Shown here one piece after another: positions 1 through 10,639 of a DNA stretch of 64,000 nt. How positions within the stretch are numbered: position 1 is the first letter of the stretch; each line of letters begins with the position of its first letter. The stretch lies in the NCBI GenBank assembly GCA_963709145.1, contig CAVPVT010000053.1, forward strand, positions 15,819 to 79,818, given 5' to 3'. The translations under genes and the position numbers were made by a program. This DNA comes from Parachlamydiales bacterium. Its GTDB lineage: Bacteria > Chlamydiota > Chlamydiia > Chlamydiales > Parachlamydiaceae. The notes beneath the pieces were generated by a model. It did no database searches. It had not been told where the DNA came from and was given only the letters and a program-made list of their open reading frames with translations.

Positions 1-8
1 ATTTTCAC

Positions 9-464
9 TTATAAATTTAAAACTTCTCGGATTTCTGAGAGATTAAACCCTTTACGTAAGAGGTTAGCGATCAGTTTGTCACGCTGGGAGCGTTCATTCA
101 AGTCCATCGATTTGCTTTTTTTAGCGATTAAGTTACGGATAGAGCTAGTCCGCGTCTCTTCACCGCAAAGTCGATTTAAAGCTTCTTGGATCAGTTCCTT
201 AGATATCCTTTTTTGCTGGAGTTTAAAGGCGATCGCTCTAGGACTTTGATTGCGGGATGACTCCCTCTTAACAAAAGCATCAATCCAAGCTTGATCATCA
301 AGATAACCGGCGGATTGACATTCCTTGATCACCCGCTCAATAATTGACTCCGAGTAGCTCCTATCCTCTAAGTGTTTCTTAAGTTCAATTGTGGGTTGAT
401 TCTTCCGTGCGAGTCTTTTCCAAGCATAAATTTTTGCTTTACGGTACTCTTCTTCTTCGCTCAC
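9..464 (-). CDS. recX: RecX family regulatory protein
   Basis: 151-aa ORF with RecX-like helical repeats (GYLDDQAWIDAFVKRE; AIAFKLQQKRISKELIQEAL; KLIANLLRKGF). Its start overlaps the parC stop by 4 nt. Confidence 0.7.
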   Translation of the reverse strand: MSEEEEYRKAKIYAWKRLARKNQPTIELKKHLEDRSYSESIIERVIKECQSAGYLDDQAWIDAFVKRESSRNQSPRAIAFKLQQKRISKELIQEALNRLCGEETRTSSIRNLIAKKSKSMDLNERSQRDKLIANLLRKGFNLSEIREVLNL

Positions 465-2410
465 GCTTTTTTGCTCTCTGTGGTTTTAGGAGTTACAGCA
501 TCGTCTTTGGAAGTCAACACCACAACCTTTTTAACTTCTCTTGGCGATAATCTAACCCCCTGAGCGGAGACACCTTTAACTAGATAAGAGCTTAAGCTAA
601 GATTGGCTTTCCCTGTTTTTTGTTTGACTTTGGGGATGAAAATCAATTCGATTTCAGGGTTTGATTGGGTATTGATCATTTCCAGATACATCCCTTCATC
701 CATAAAACGATACACTTTTTCCAGGATAAAGGCCGATATGATAAACCGTTTGACAAAGCAAAGGTGAGTTTTCGGATTTTTATAAACCACATTGAAGACG
801 GTTTTTTTATCAGCCACCCCCACAAAAACTACTTTTTGTCCTTCGTGGTGCACATATTGTTTTTCGGGGATGTTGATCACTTGATAACTGCCATCTTTGA
901 ACATCAGCAGAATCTTATCAAAATTTGTGCATTCCAACAGGTGGCCATTAAGAACTTTGGTCCCAACGAATCCTGTCGTGGGGTCAAATCCAACTTGAAT
1001 AGTGCGAGTTTCAATGGCACGTAAGTCGATCTGTTCGATCGCTTGGACTTCAGTTAACCGGGGAAATTCTTTTCCGTATTTCTGAATTAGCTTTTTGAGG
1101 TAATTGATTGTATATTTTTTGACCTGTTTTAAATCTTTTTCGACCCGATGAAGCTCCGTCTCTATATCTCGAATCTCTTGCTCGTTTTTATCGATATCAA
1201 ATTTAGAAATCCTACGGATAGGGATGCTTAAAAGCCTTTCCCGATCATCTTCTGTGGGGATTCGGGGCAACTGCTTATGAAATGGTTGCAAACTCTCTTC
1301 GATAGTTCTATGGACTGCTTCGTAAGTTTTTTGGTTCTCAATATTTTTATAAAGTCTATTTTCGATGAAAATTTGTTCCAAGGTTTTCTGGAAAATCTTT
1401 TCGGTGAGCCTATCTCGTTCGAGCTCCAGTTCTTTTTTGAGGTACTCTTGCAGTTTGTGGGCGTAGTAGGTGATGATCTCATTGACATACATTTCACAAG
1501 GGAGGTCGTCCTTAATCACCACGATTTGGGAATTTAAGGCGACTTCACATTCCGTATATGCATATAGGGCATCGATCAACTCTTCAGCATATTGACCACG
1601 TGGTAATTTGATCTCGATCTCTACTTTTTCCGCGGTATAATCATTGATCGATTCGATTTTGATTTTCCCTTTTTTAGCGGCTTCATCGATCGATCGGATC
1701 AAAGATTCTGTCGTTGTGCCATAACAAATTTCGACAATCACTAAAGTTTTGGGATCCCGGATGTCGACCCGAGCGCGTAATTTGACTTTCCCCCTGCCTT
1801 CATCATATTGGGAGGCATCCATGATCCCCCCTGTTGGGAAATCGGGAACAAGGTTAAATTTTTCCCCTTCCAATACAGCGATTTCAGCTTCTAAAAGTTC
1901 GATAAAATTATGGGGAAGGATTTTTGTGGCCATTCCCACAGCGATCCCTTCAGCTCCTTGCATAAGCAAAAGAGGGATTTTGGCGGGAAGAGAAACCGGT
2001 TCTTGATTACGCGCATCGTAGGAAGGGATGTAATCAGTAAGGTCAGGGTTAAACATCGTTTCATGGGCGAGTTTGGAAAGGCGCGTCTCAATGTAACGCG
2101 CAGCAGCGGAAGGATCGCCGGTGTAGGGATTACCAAAATTCCCTTGTCTATCTAAAAGAAAGCCTTTATTTGCTAGGGTCACGAGAGCTTCATAGATCGG
2201 GGCATCGCCGTGGGGATGGTACATCATTGTCTGCCCAACGATGTTGGCGACCTTATGGAGTTTTTCATCTCTTTGGTTAAACAGGGTGAACAGGATACGC
2301 CGCTGCACAGGTTTCAAGCCGTCGATCAATTTGGGAATAGCGCGTTCAAGGATCACATAGGAAGCATAATTCAGATAATTTTGCTGCATCAGCTGTTTAA
2401 ATTCTTCCAT
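461..2410 (-). CDS. parC: type IIA DNA topoisomerase subunit A (ParC / second-gyrase-A type)
   Basis: 649-aa ORF with an A-subunit N-terminus (YASYVILERAIPKLIDGLKPVQRRILF; HPHGD; catalytic-Tyr region AAARYIETRLS). It has a short C-terminal domain, and a B-subunit gene ends 2 nt upstream. Confidence 0.85.
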   Translation of the reverse strand: MEEFKQLMQQNYLNYASYVILERAIPKLIDGLKPVQRRILFTLFNQRDEKLHKVANIVGQTMMYHPHGDAPIYEALVTLANKGFLLDRQGNFGNPYTGDPSAAARYIETRLSKLAHETMFNPDLTDYIPSYDARNQEPVSLPAKIPLLLMQGAEGIAVGMATKILPHNFIELLEAEIAVLEGEKFNLVPDFPTGGIMDASQYDEGRGKVKLRARVDIRDPKTLVIVEICYGTTTESLIRSIDEAAKKGKIKIESINDYTAEKVEIEIKLPRGQYAEELIDALYAYTECEVALNSQIVVIKDDLPCEMYVNEIITYYAHKLQEYLKKELELERDRLTEKIFQKTLEQIFIENRLYKNIENQKTYEAVHRTIEESLQPFHKQLPRIPTEDDRERLLSIPIRRISKFDIDKNEQEIRDIETELHRVEKDLKQVKKYTINYLKKLIQKYGKEFPRLTEVQAIEQIDLRAIETRTIQVGFDPTTGFVGTKVLNGHLLECTNFDKILLMFKDGSYQVINIPEKQYVHHEGQKVVFVGVADKKTVFNVVYKNPKTHLCFVKRFIISAFILEKVYRFMDEGMYLEMINTQSNPEIELIFIPKVKQKTGKANLSLSSYLVKGVSAQGVRLSPREVKKVVVLTSKDDAVTPKTTESKKA

Positions 2411-2412
2411 CG

Positions 2413-4260
2413 TTAACTCCTTTTATTGGCTAACGTTGCAAGCTGCTGCATTTCGGCTTCTTCATTAATGAGGTTTTGCATGATAAATTGCTTCCGTTCA
2501 GGAGTATTTTTGCCCATGTAGAATTCTAGAGTCGGTTTGATATCGGAAAATGTATTGATGGTCACTTGTATAAGACGCATATTTTTACCGATAAAGGGTT
2601 TGAATTCATCGGGAGAGATTTCTCCCAATCCTTTAAAGCGGGTGACTTCAATCCCTTTTTTGAGTTCTTTTGAAGCTTGATCCCGTTCCTCTTCAGAGTA
2701 GCAGTAGATAGTTTTTTCTTTGTTACGCACTTTAAAGAGCGGGGTTTCGAGGATATAAAGATGGCCATTCATGACCAACCCTTCAAAGTAAGTGAGGAAG
2801 AAAGTGATGAGCAAGTTCCGAATGTGCATCCCATCCACATCTGCATCGGTGGCTAGGATCACTTTGTTATAGCGAAGGTTGTTGATATCATCTTCAATAT
2901 TTAAGGCGCTCATTAAGTTGAACATCTCTTCATTCTTGTAGAGCTGATCAAGTTTCATTCCATAAACATTTAAAGGTTTACCTCTTAAAGAAAACACCGC
3001 TTGGGTCATCGGATCGCGGGATGAAACGATGGAAGCACTCGCTGATTCCCCTTCTGTCAAGAAGATCATCGAGCTGTCCCCTTTACCTGAGGTGTCTTGG
3101 TAGTGGTATTTACTATCCCGTAATTTTGGGATTTTGAACGATATTTTCTTTTGCTTCTCTTTGGCTTCTTTTTTTACCGCAGCTAACTCTTTGCGAAGTT
3201 TTTCGTTAAAAACAATCCTTTCAATAATTCGATTTGCAGTATTTGGATTTTGATAAAGGAGATTGACGACAGCATCTTTGATCTCTTGAACAAGAGGACC
3301 TTTGAGATCGGTATTCCCCAGCTTGTTTTTAGTTTGAGACTCAAATATTGGGTCTTTCACTTTAACGAGGATTGTTCCTACCATCCCCTCACGCACATCA
3401 ACCCCTTGGAAGTTCTTTTTACTGTACTCGTTTACTCCTTTTAATATCCCTTCACGAAAGGCTGTCAGGTGTGTTCCTCCATCTGCAGTATATTGTCCGT
3501 TGACAAACGAAAAATAAGTCTCCCCATAGCTGTGAGTATGCAAAAAAGCGAATTCAAGCATTTTCCCGCGATAATGCAAAGGCTCGTAGAGTCGATCTTC
3601 GGTGACTTCGGTGTTGAGCAGATCTAAAAGGCCATTTTCCGATTGGATCGCTTCTCCATTGTAAACAAGCTTCAAACCTGTATTCAGGTAAGCATAATGC
3701 CACATCCGTTTTTGGATGTATTCTTTTTGAAATTTAAATTTTTTAAAGATCGCTGGGTCAGGAATAAATTCAATGAACGTTCCATTATGTTCTTTAGAGC
3801 CCCCTTTCTTTTCCTTGAGCAGTTTTCCTTCGGAAAAGATAGCTTCCGCGTACTGTCCGTCCCGATGACTTCGGACAATAAAATGGGCTGAAAGTGCATT
3901 GACTGCTTTGGTACCGACTCCATTTAAACCGACAGAAAATTGAAAAACGTCGTCATTGTATTTGGCACCCGTGTTGATTTTGCTGACGCAATCGATGATT
4001 TTACCTAAGGGAATCCCTCTTCCATAATCTCGAACCGATACCTTACCGGTTGCTTCATCGACATCGATATCGATCTGCTTACCATGCTTCATAATAAATT
4101 CATCGACACTATTATCGACCACTTCCTTTAGCATAACATAAATCCCATCGTCGGGATTTGAGCCATCCCCTAATCTCCCGATATACATCCCGGAGCGGAG
4201 ACGGATGTGTGTTAAAGAATCGAGTGTCGCGATCGTACTTTCATCGTATTGTTTAGTCAT
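2413..4260 (-). CDS. parE: type IIA DNA topoisomerase subunit B (ParE / second-gyrase-B type)
   Basis: 615-aa ORF with a GHKL ATPase box (LKEVVDNSVDE) and TOPRIM motifs (FLTEGESASAS; ILATDADVDGMHI). Confidence 0.85.
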   Translation of the reverse strand: MTKQYDESTIATLDSLTHIRLRSGMYIGRLGDGSNPDDGIYVMLKEVVDNSVDEFIMKHGKQIDIDVDEATGKVSVRDYGRGIPLGKIIDCVSKINTGAKYNDDVFQFSVGLNGVGTKAVNALSAHFIVRSHRDGQYAEAIFSEGKLLKEKKGGSKEHNGTFIEFIPDPAIFKKFKFQKEYIQKRMWHYAYLNTGLKLVYNGEAIQSENGLLDLLNTEVTEDRLYEPLHYRGKMLEFAFLHTHSYGETYFSFVNGQYTADGGTHLTAFREGILKGVNEYSKKNFQGVDVREGMVGTILVKVKDPIFESQTKNKLGNTDLKGPLVQEIKDAVVNLLYQNPNTANRIIERIVFNEKLRKELAAVKKEAKEKQKKISFKIPKLRDSKYHYQDTSGKGDSSMIFLTEGESASASIVSSRDPMTQAVFSLRGKPLNVYGMKLDQLYKNEEMFNLMSALNIEDDINNLRYNKVILATDADVDGMHIRNLLITFFLTYFEGLVMNGHLYILETPLFKVRNKEKTIYCYSEEERDQASKELKKGIEVTRFKGLGEISPDEFKPFIGKNMRLIQVTINTFSDIKPTLEFYMGKNTPERKQFIMQNLINEEAEMQQLATLANKRS

Positions 4261-4332
4261 GTCCGAAAACCACTTGAAAAGATGGAAAAATTAATGATAC
4301 TGATAATGATAACAGTACTAAGGCAAGATGGT

Positions 4333-5358
4333 ATGAAAAATTCCCCTATTTTTAAAGACAAAACTGTTCTTATCACCGGAGGTACGGGAAGCTTTGGTCG
4401 CGCATTTGCTAAAAGATTGCTCTCTGAAAATGACTGCCAGAAAGTCATTATATTGAGTCGGGATGAATGGAAACAATGGGATATGCAGCAAAGTGATCCG
4501 ATTTTTAATCATCCTAAAATCAGGTTTTTCCTTGGGGATGTCCGGGATGTGAACCGGCTTATCCGAGCTTTTAATGAGGTAGACTATGTCATCCATTCGG
4601 CAGCGTTAAAGCAAGTCCCTGCAGCTGAGTATAATCCAACTGAATTCGTAAAAACGAATGTGAGTGGCGGAATGAATGTGATCGATGCCGCAATTACTTG
4701 CGGTGTTAAAAAAGTGATTGCACTTTCGACCGATAAAGCGGTCAATCCTGTAAACCTCTATGGGGCAACGAAACTTTGTTCCGATAAACTTTTTATAGCT
4801 GGGAATTCTTATGTAGGTAAACGGGGATATCCTGTTTTTTCGGTTGTAAGGTATGGGAATGTGGCTGGAAGTCGAGGTTCGGTCGTTCCTTTTTGGGGGA
4901 AAATGATTCGGGAAGGAGTTAAAGCTTTGCCAATTACAGATCCCCGCATGACCCGTTTTTGGATCACTCTGGAGGAAGCTGTGGGGCTCGTGATCAAGGT
5001 TCTCAAAGAGGGAAGAGGGGGAGAAGTTTACGTACCTAAAATCCCCAGCTTTAAAATTGTGGACTTAGCCAAAGCAATGGCGCCCAACCTACCTTATGAT
5101 GTGAAGGGGATTCGGGAAGGAGAAAAGTTGCATGAGCTGATGATTGGGGTTGATGATTCACGCCACACGTACGAGTTTGATGACCATTTCATCATTACGC
5201 CTGAGCATGTCACCCATGATCCGGCGTTGCTAAAAAAGTTCCTTGCAGGTCGTCAAGGAATCCCTTTGCCAGACAATTTTTCGTATACTTCCGACAATAA
5301 CTCCCAATGGCTGACCGCTGCCCAACTTAAGAAGCTGGTTTCTCTTTATTTGATTTAG
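4333..5358 (+). CDS. pseB: UDP-N-acetylglucosamine 4,6-dehydratase, PseB/FlaA1/CapD family
   Basis: Start moved from the track's 4249 to ATG 4333 (MKNSPIFKDKTVLITGGTGSFG Rossmann motif). SRDEWKQ, GDVRD and LSTDKAVNPVNLYGATK match the PseB/FlaA1-type short-chain dehydratases. Confidence 0.7.
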   Translation: MKNSPIFKDKTVLITGGTGSFGRAFAKRLLSENDCQKVIILSRDEWKQWDMQQSDPIFNHPKIRFFLGDVRDVNRLIRAFNEVDYVIHSAALKQVPAAEYNPTEFVKTNVSGGMNVIDAAITCGVKKVIALSTDKAVNPVNLYGATKLCSDKLFIAGNSYVGKRGYPVFSVVRYGNVAGSRGSVVPFWGKMIREGVKALPITDPRMTRFWITLEEAVGLVIKVLKEGRGGEVYVPKIPSFKIVDLAKAMAPNLPYDVKGIREGEKLHELMIGVDDSRHTYEFDDHFIITPEHVTHDPALLKKFLAGRQGIPLPDNFSYTSDNNSQWLTAAQLKKLVSLYLI

Positions 5359-5423
5359 GATCCTTGGCAAGAAAATGAGGATTGATCTATATATTTTTCT
5401 TTAATCTTTGATCGGGAGACAGG

Positions 5424-6410
5424 ATGCGGGTCGGCGTCATTGGAATTAATCATAAGCTTGCAGACTTAACGTTGCGCGAGAAACTGGCAAAAGCAGCCCT
5501 AAAAAAATTCACCTTAGGGATTCTTGATATCGATCATCACTGTATTGTCCTTTCCACTTGTAATCGCACCGAAATTTATTTTAGCTCAGATGATTTATCT
5601 GCCACCCATTCCTATATTCTCTTTTTGCTGCGAGATGAAATCGGAGAAGAATTTGATCAGAAAATGTACTCTTTCTTTGGCCAAGACTGTTTTCTGCACT
5701 TATGCCGAGTGACAACGGGTCTAGACAGCGCTATCCTAGCTGAAACGGAGATCCAAGGTCAGGTCAAAGCGGCTTACGAAAATGGATGCAAAGTAATGGA
5801 ACTTCCCAAAGATCTGCACTATCTCTTTCAAAAGTCACTCAAAATTTCAAAACAGGTGCGCGCAGACTTGCCCATGGGTCGAGGTATGCCCGATATCGAG
5901 GACGCAATCGTTAATACTGGCAAACACCTATTTGAAAACCTTGAAAATACCTCCATACTCGTGGTAGGAGCCTCGGCTATCAATTTAAAAATCATCTCCT
6001 TTCTCCAAAACAAGCATCTACGCAACATTACCCTTTGCAATCGGACTATCCCCACAAGCAATATTGTCGAATCGATTTTACCTTGGGAAAAGCTTAATCA
6101 TTGGCATATGTATGAATGGATCATTTTTGGCACCAAAGCGCCTCATCACTTGATTGAAAAAGAGCATTTACCCAAAGATGTCTGTGGACGAAAACTGATC
6201 ATCGATCTAAGTGTTCCCCGCAACGTGGATCCTTGCCTTGCAAAGGACCCCAGAGTGACGTTGCTCAATATCGACCAAATCAATCGGATGTTGCGGATCC
6301 GCCGCAACAAGCTCAGGTCTTCTTTAGATCAAGCTGAGCTCATGATTTTCTCGCTTGTTTGCAAACACACTGATCTTTACCAACAAAAAATATCCAAAGT
6401 TGTAGCCTAG
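5424..6410 (+). CDS. hemA: glutamyl-tRNA reductase (short form)
   Basis: 328-aa ORF with N-terminal VIGINHK, the catalytic-Cys motif LSTCNRTEIYF and a central NADPH-binding region (ILVVGASAIN). Confidence 0.85.
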   Translation: MRVGVIGINHKLADLTLREKLAKAALKKFTLGILDIDHHCIVLSTCNRTEIYFSSDDLSATHSYILFLLRDEIGEEFDQKMYSFFGQDCFLHLCRVTTGLDSAILAETEIQGQVKAAYENGCKVMELPKDLHYLFQKSLKISKQVRADLPMGRGMPDIEDAIVNTGKHLFENLENTSILVVGASAINLKIISFLQNKHLRNITLCNRTIPTSNIVESILPWEKLNHWHMYEWIIFGTKAPHHLIEKEHLPKDVCGRKLIIDLSVPRNVDPCLAKDPRVTLLNIDQINRMLRIRRNKLRSSLDQAELMIFSLVCKHTDLYQQKISKVVA

Positions 6411-6414
6411 AACT

Positions 6415-7821
6415 TTAGAAATCGGCTTTGCCAGGAAATCGGGGAAATGGGATCACATCCCGAATGTTCTCCATACCAGTCACGAGGCGGATCAACCTTT
6501 CAAAGCCCAAACCATAGCCAGCATGAGGAACTGTCCCATATTTCCGAAGTTCCAAATACCACCAATAATCATCAATATTGAGTCCTTGCTGCTTAATTTT
6601 GCGCTCAAGCTCATCTAACCTCTCTTCACGCTGACTCCCCCCGACAATTTCCCCTATCTTAGCGACCAAAATATCCATCGCAGCCACTGTTTTGTTGTCC
6701 TCGTTGGAACGCATATAAAATGCTTTAATCTGCTTTGGATAGTCTGTAATAATCACAGGCTTATTAAAATATTCTTCCGTTAAAAACAATTCATGTTCCG
6801 ATTGCAAATCTGCACCCCAACTGACTGGAAATTCAAAAGGCTTATTGGCCTTCTCAAGCACCCTTACTGCATAAGTATAAGAAGCCCTTTCAAAAGGTGT
6901 CTCAACAATTTTACGAAGACGCTCCAATAACCCTTCGGAGACATGCTTATCGAAAAACTGCAAGTCTTCCATGCAATGGTCCATGGTATACTTGATGACA
7001 TACTTGATATAAGCTTCGGCATTGTCCATATTATCATTTATGTCAGCGAATGCCATTTCAGGTTCGATCATCCAAAACTCTGCAAGATGGCGAGCTGTAT
7101 TGGAATTTTCAGCCCTAAAGGTGGGGCCAAATGTATAAATGTCCGACAAAGCACTCGCAAAGATCTCCCCATTCAACTGGCCCGAAACTGTCAAATAGGC
7201 AGGCTTCGTGAAAAAATCTTGGGAAAAGTCGATCTTATTTTCAGGTGTTCTCGGAAGATTTTGCAAGTCTAAGGTAGTGACCTGAAACATTTTTCCGGCA
7301 CCCTCACAATCAGACGCAGTGATTATCGGCGTGTGGATATAAAGAAAACCCCTTTCTTGGAAAAATAAGTGAGTAGCAAACGCAAGGGCATTGCGCACAC
7401 GGGTAACTGCTCCAATCGTATTCGTTCTAGGACGGAGATGGGCAATCGTACGCAAAAATTCGAATGTATGCCTCTTTTTTTGCATCGGATATACTGTTGG
7501 ATCGCAAGTTCCAATAATCTGGATCGAGTGAGCATGCAGTTCAACATCGTTAGGTTTCCCCGGCACATTGGTCAAGGTCCCTGTGACAGACACAGACACC
7601 CCTGTCGTTAACTGGTCCATCAAACGGTCGTAATTAGGAACTTTTGGATCAGCAACAATCTGAAGATTAGAAAGGGTAGACCCATCGTTGATTTCGATAA
7701 AACTGAAAGTCTTTTGGTTTCGTGCTGTCCTCACCCATCCTTTAACAACTATTTCTTTGTTAATTAAAGAAGTAGGGGTGTTCGATTTCTGCTCTTTTAA
7801 AGTTTTAATACGAGTCCGCAT
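6415..7821 (-). CDS. asnS: asparagine--tRNA ligase
   Basis: 468-aa ORF with an OB-fold N-terminus and class II aaRS motifs ([24 protein letters not shown]; GYGLGFERL). Confidence 0.9.
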   Translation of the reverse strand: MRTRIKTLKEQKSNTPTSLINKEIVVKGWVRTARNQKTFSFIEINDGSTLSNLQIVADPKVPNYDRLMDQLTTGVSVSVTGTLTNVPGKPNDVELHAHSIQIIGTCDPTVYPMQKKRHTFEFLRTIAHLRPRTNTIGAVTRVRNALAFATHLFFQERGFLYIHTPIITASDCEGAGKMFQVTTLDLQNLPRTPENKIDFSQDFFTKPAYLTVSGQLNGEIFASALSDIYTFGPTFRAENSNTARHLAEFWMIEPEMAFADINDNMDNAEAYIKYVIKYTMDHCMEDLQFFDKHVSEGLLERLRKIVETPFERASYTYAVRVLEKANKPFEFPVSWGADLQSEHELFLTEEYFNKPVIITDYPKQIKAFYMRSNEDNKTVAAMDILVAKIGEIVGGSQREERLDELERKIKQQGLNIDDYWWYLELRKYGTVPHAGYGLGFERLIRLVTGMENIRDVIPFPRFPGKADF

Positions 7822-7839
7822 AATGCTCTCTATGAATGT

Positions 7840-8694
7840 TTAGATTGTTCTTAGTTTGGCGATTTCATGAACCCAAACCTCTACTCCACCAGGAGTTTCT
7901 AGATATTTGGGAAGATGGCGTGTCCTAAGGTCATGTACAAGGAATTTAAAACAGTCCCATCCGATTAAACCTTCACCGAGATTGGCATGTCTATCGACTT
8001 TTGATCCCAGCGGTTTCATCGAATCATTGATGTGGAATCCATATAGATGTTTGAGTCCGACAACTTGGTCGAACTCTTTTAAGGTTTTATCCCAACCTTC
8101 CGGAGTCCTTACATCGTAACCAGCAACAAAAATATGACAAGTGTCGATGCAGACACCGATAGGGATCTTAGTGTTGACCCTCTCAATGATATAGGCGAGT
8201 TCTTCAAATTTCCAGCCGACAGCCGATCCTTGTCCAGCGGTAGCTTCTAAAAGGAGACGAGTGGGTCCTTTGGACAGAAGCTTTTCATGCTTTAGAAGGC
8301 TAGCCACAATGGTATCTAAACATTGTTGCGGGGATTCCTTGATGGCCGCACCTGGGTGGAAGTTAAGATAATCGATTTTAAGGTTTAAACAACGCTGAAT
8401 CTCCTCTTCAAATGCATTGCGACTTTTCGCTAGCATTTCAGGGTCGGGAGACCCCAAATTGATAAGATAGCTATCATGACTCATAAGGTGGGTGAGACCG
8501 GTGTTATGTCGGGCTTCATTCCACAAGTCGATCGTTTCCTTGGAAAGGGGTTTACTTTCCCATCTTTTTTGATTGGTGGTAAAGAGCTGGATAGTGGTGG
8601 CCCCGATCTTTTGCCCTTCGAGCAAGGCGTTATGCACCCCTCCTGCTGCAGAGGTATGGGCTCCGATTAAGAGAGGGTGCATATTTTTTGACAT
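7840..8694 (-). CDS. nfo: endonuclease IV (AP endonuclease family 2)
   Basis: 284-aa ORF with endonuclease IV signatures (GAHTSAAGG; HDSYLINLGS; CIDTCHIFVAGYD; HINDS). Confidence 0.9.
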   Translation of the reverse strand: MSKNMHPLLIGAHTSAAGGVHNALLEGQKIGATTIQLFTTNQKRWESKPLSKETIDLWNEARHNTGLTHLMSHDSYLINLGSPDPEMLAKSRNAFEEEIQRCLNLKIDYLNFHPGAAIKESPQQCLDTIVASLLKHEKLLSKGPTRLLLEATAGQGSAVGWKFEELAYIIERVNTKIPIGVCIDTCHIFVAGYDVRTPEGWDKTLKEFDQVVGLKHLYGFHINDSMKPLGSKVDRHANLGEGLIGWDCFKFLVHDLRTRHLPKYLETPGGVEVWVHEIAKLRTI

Positions 8695-8698
8695 TTCT

Positions 8699-9319
8699 TT
8701 ACGAAGTGTGCGCTAAGAAGTCGCAAATTCCGGGTAGATCGATTTCGATAGGCCAAGGCATTTGCTCAAGAGAAGGAGGATTGAGGATTTTCCCTTCAAA
8801 TTTTTCTGCTTCAAGGGAAAGATACTCAGGCACATTACGGTTGCCATTATCTAAAGCTTCCTTGATAGTCTTCATGTTGCGCGATTTTTCCTTGATCGAG
8901 ATCGTCATCCCTGGCTTGACTTGGAAGGAACGGATGTCCACTTTTTTGCCGTTAACCATCACATGCCCGTGGGAAACGAGTTGCTGAGCGCTAAAAATTG
9001 TAGGGGCAAATTTAAGACGATAAACAATTGTATCTAAACGACATTCAAGCATTCCAGCGAGGTGGTGAGCGGTATTGCCGGGAATGCGGAGTGCTTTTTT
9101 ATAGTAGCGGACAAGCTGCTTTTCGCTCAGCATGCCGTAAACAGCCTTAAGCTTTTGTTTTTCTTCGAGTTGCAAACCGTAATCGGACTTCTTACGGCGA
9201 CGTGCGCCATGTTGTCCTGGGGGATTTTGCTTGTGCAAAAGAGGATTGCGGGAGCGACCGAAAATATTTGCGCCAAAACGTCGCGCAATGCGGTTTTTGT
9301 TACCTGTAAAACGAGCCAT
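8699..9319 (-). CDS. rpsD: 30S ribosomal protein S4
   Basis: 206-aa ORF with an S4 N-terminal domain (ARFTGNKNRIARRFG) and an S4 RNA-binding domain (RLDTIVYRLKFAPTIFSAQQLVSHGHVMVNGKKV). Confidence 0.95.
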   Translation of the reverse strand: MARFTGNKNRIARRFGANIFGRSRNPLLHKQNPPGQHGARRRKKSDYGLQLEEKQKLKAVYGMLSEKQLVRYYKKALRIPGNTAHHLAGMLECRLDTIVYRLKFAPTIFSAQQLVSHGHVMVNGKKVDIRSFQVKPGMTISIKEKSRNMKTIKEALDNGNRNVPEYLSLEAEKFEGKILNPPSLEQMPWPIEIDLPGICDFLAHTS

Positions 9320-9478
9320 TTGTTCTCCGATTTGTTAACAGTAAGAGCGAATTATGACATACGTATCAAATTTTCTGCAACATGGATTGTTTTGTCACTT
9401 TGTTAGTGTTAGTTAAGCTATTTTTTCATATGGTAAAATTACAGACTCACCTTAGGCTGAGTTACAAAGTGAGGGTGA

Positions 9479-10639
9479 ATGGAGCAGGTGGAGACAGGGC
9501 AACTTAAAGAGCTGGAGGAGACAGTCCATACGCTCAATCAAAAGGTTGCAGAGCTAGATTTAGTCAAACGTTATCTTGAAAGCATCTTGGGACACATCAG
9601 GCAAGGGATCATATTCATCGACACCCAAGGGACTCTTTCAACATACAATCCCGCTGCCGAGCGGATGCTGGGTTATAGCCGAAATCAAGTGTTGCACCGC
9701 CCTTTTTGGGAATTTTTCGAAGATGATTGTTTCGGCTTTTCAATCCGGGAGTCCTTAGAATCAAAGCAATCCCTTTCCACTTCTGTCGCCGCAACTGTCG
9801 AAGCATCGGGTAGACGGCGCGACTTAGAAGTTTACGCCACCTATGTTTCTCCAGTTCCTTCAGATGATGACAACGAGAATTTCCCACAAGCTCTCGAGGG
9901 ACTGATTTTGATCGTCAGAGATGTGACCGAACTGCGCAGGTTGGAAAATCAAGCGCATCGAAACGATCGAATGAAAGAGATTGGGGAAATGGCCGCTATG
10001 GTGGCGCATGAGATTCGCAATCCTTTAGGAGGAATCAAAGGGTTCGCCTCCCTTTTAAGTCGAGAGCTAAAGACCCAGCCAAAATTGAAACAGATGGCCG
10101 ACTATATTTTGGAAGGGACTGAAAGTTTAAACGATTTAGTAACCCAGGTATTAAACTATTCCCGCCCCCTCGATCTTCATTTGGAATCGGTCGATCTTAA
10201 AGTGTTGTTGGAAGATGTGCAGGCTCATGTTCAAGCCGACGAGACTTTAAAAGGGAAGGCAACACTAGAGCTTATTCACCCCAAAGATTCAGTGATCGTC
10301 CCCGTTGATGCTGCATTAATGCGTAGGGCCATTTTAAATCTTGTAGTCAATGGTATTCAGGCAACTCCACACGGCGGAACCGTGAGGGCTGCTCTTAGTT
10401 GCGATGGAGAATACGCCACCATCAAAGTTATCGATAAAGGAACCGGGATTACCCCTGAAAATCTTAAAAAAATATTTACCCCATTTTTCACAACAAAGCC
10501 GCAAGGAAATGGATTCGGCCTTCCTGAAGTCCAAAAGGTTGTACAGTGTCATGCCGGGCATATCGAGTTATCCTCTAAAGTCGGCGACGGTACGGTATTT
10601 ACAATAAAAATCCCTTGCAAGGTGTCGCATGGCTATTGA
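9479..10639 (+). CDS. soluble PAS-domain sensor histidine kinase (CtcB/AtoS-like)
   Basis: 386-aa ORF with a PAS region (IIFIDTQGTLSTYNPAAERMLGY), an H-box (MVAHEIRNPLGGIKG) and N/G boxes (NLVVNGIQAT; DKGTGI; GNGFGL). No TM segment. It overlaps the regulator gene by 11 nt. Confidence 0.8.
   Translation: MEQVETGQLKELEETVHTLNQKVAELDLVKRYLESILGHIRQGIIFIDTQGTLSTYNPAAERMLGYSRNQVLHRPFWEFFEDDCFGFSIRESLESKQSLSTSVAATVEASGRRRDLEVYATYVSPVPSDDDNENFPQALEGLILIVRDVTELRRLENQAHRNDRMKEIGEMAAMVAHEIRNPLGGIKGFASLLSRELKTQPKLKQMADYILEGTESLNDLVTQVLNYSRPLDLHLESVDLKVLLEDVQAHVQADETLKGKATLELIHPKDSVIVPVDAALMRRAILNLVVNGIQATPHGGTVRAALSCDGEYATIKVIDKGTGITPENLKKIFTPFFTTKPQGNGFGLPEVQKVVQCHAGHIELSSKVGDGTVFTIKIPCKVSHGY

Noticed and set aside
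8688-9406. Plus-strand ORFs of 99 and 114 aa
   Set aside because: They are antisense to rpsD, whose identity is unambiguous.
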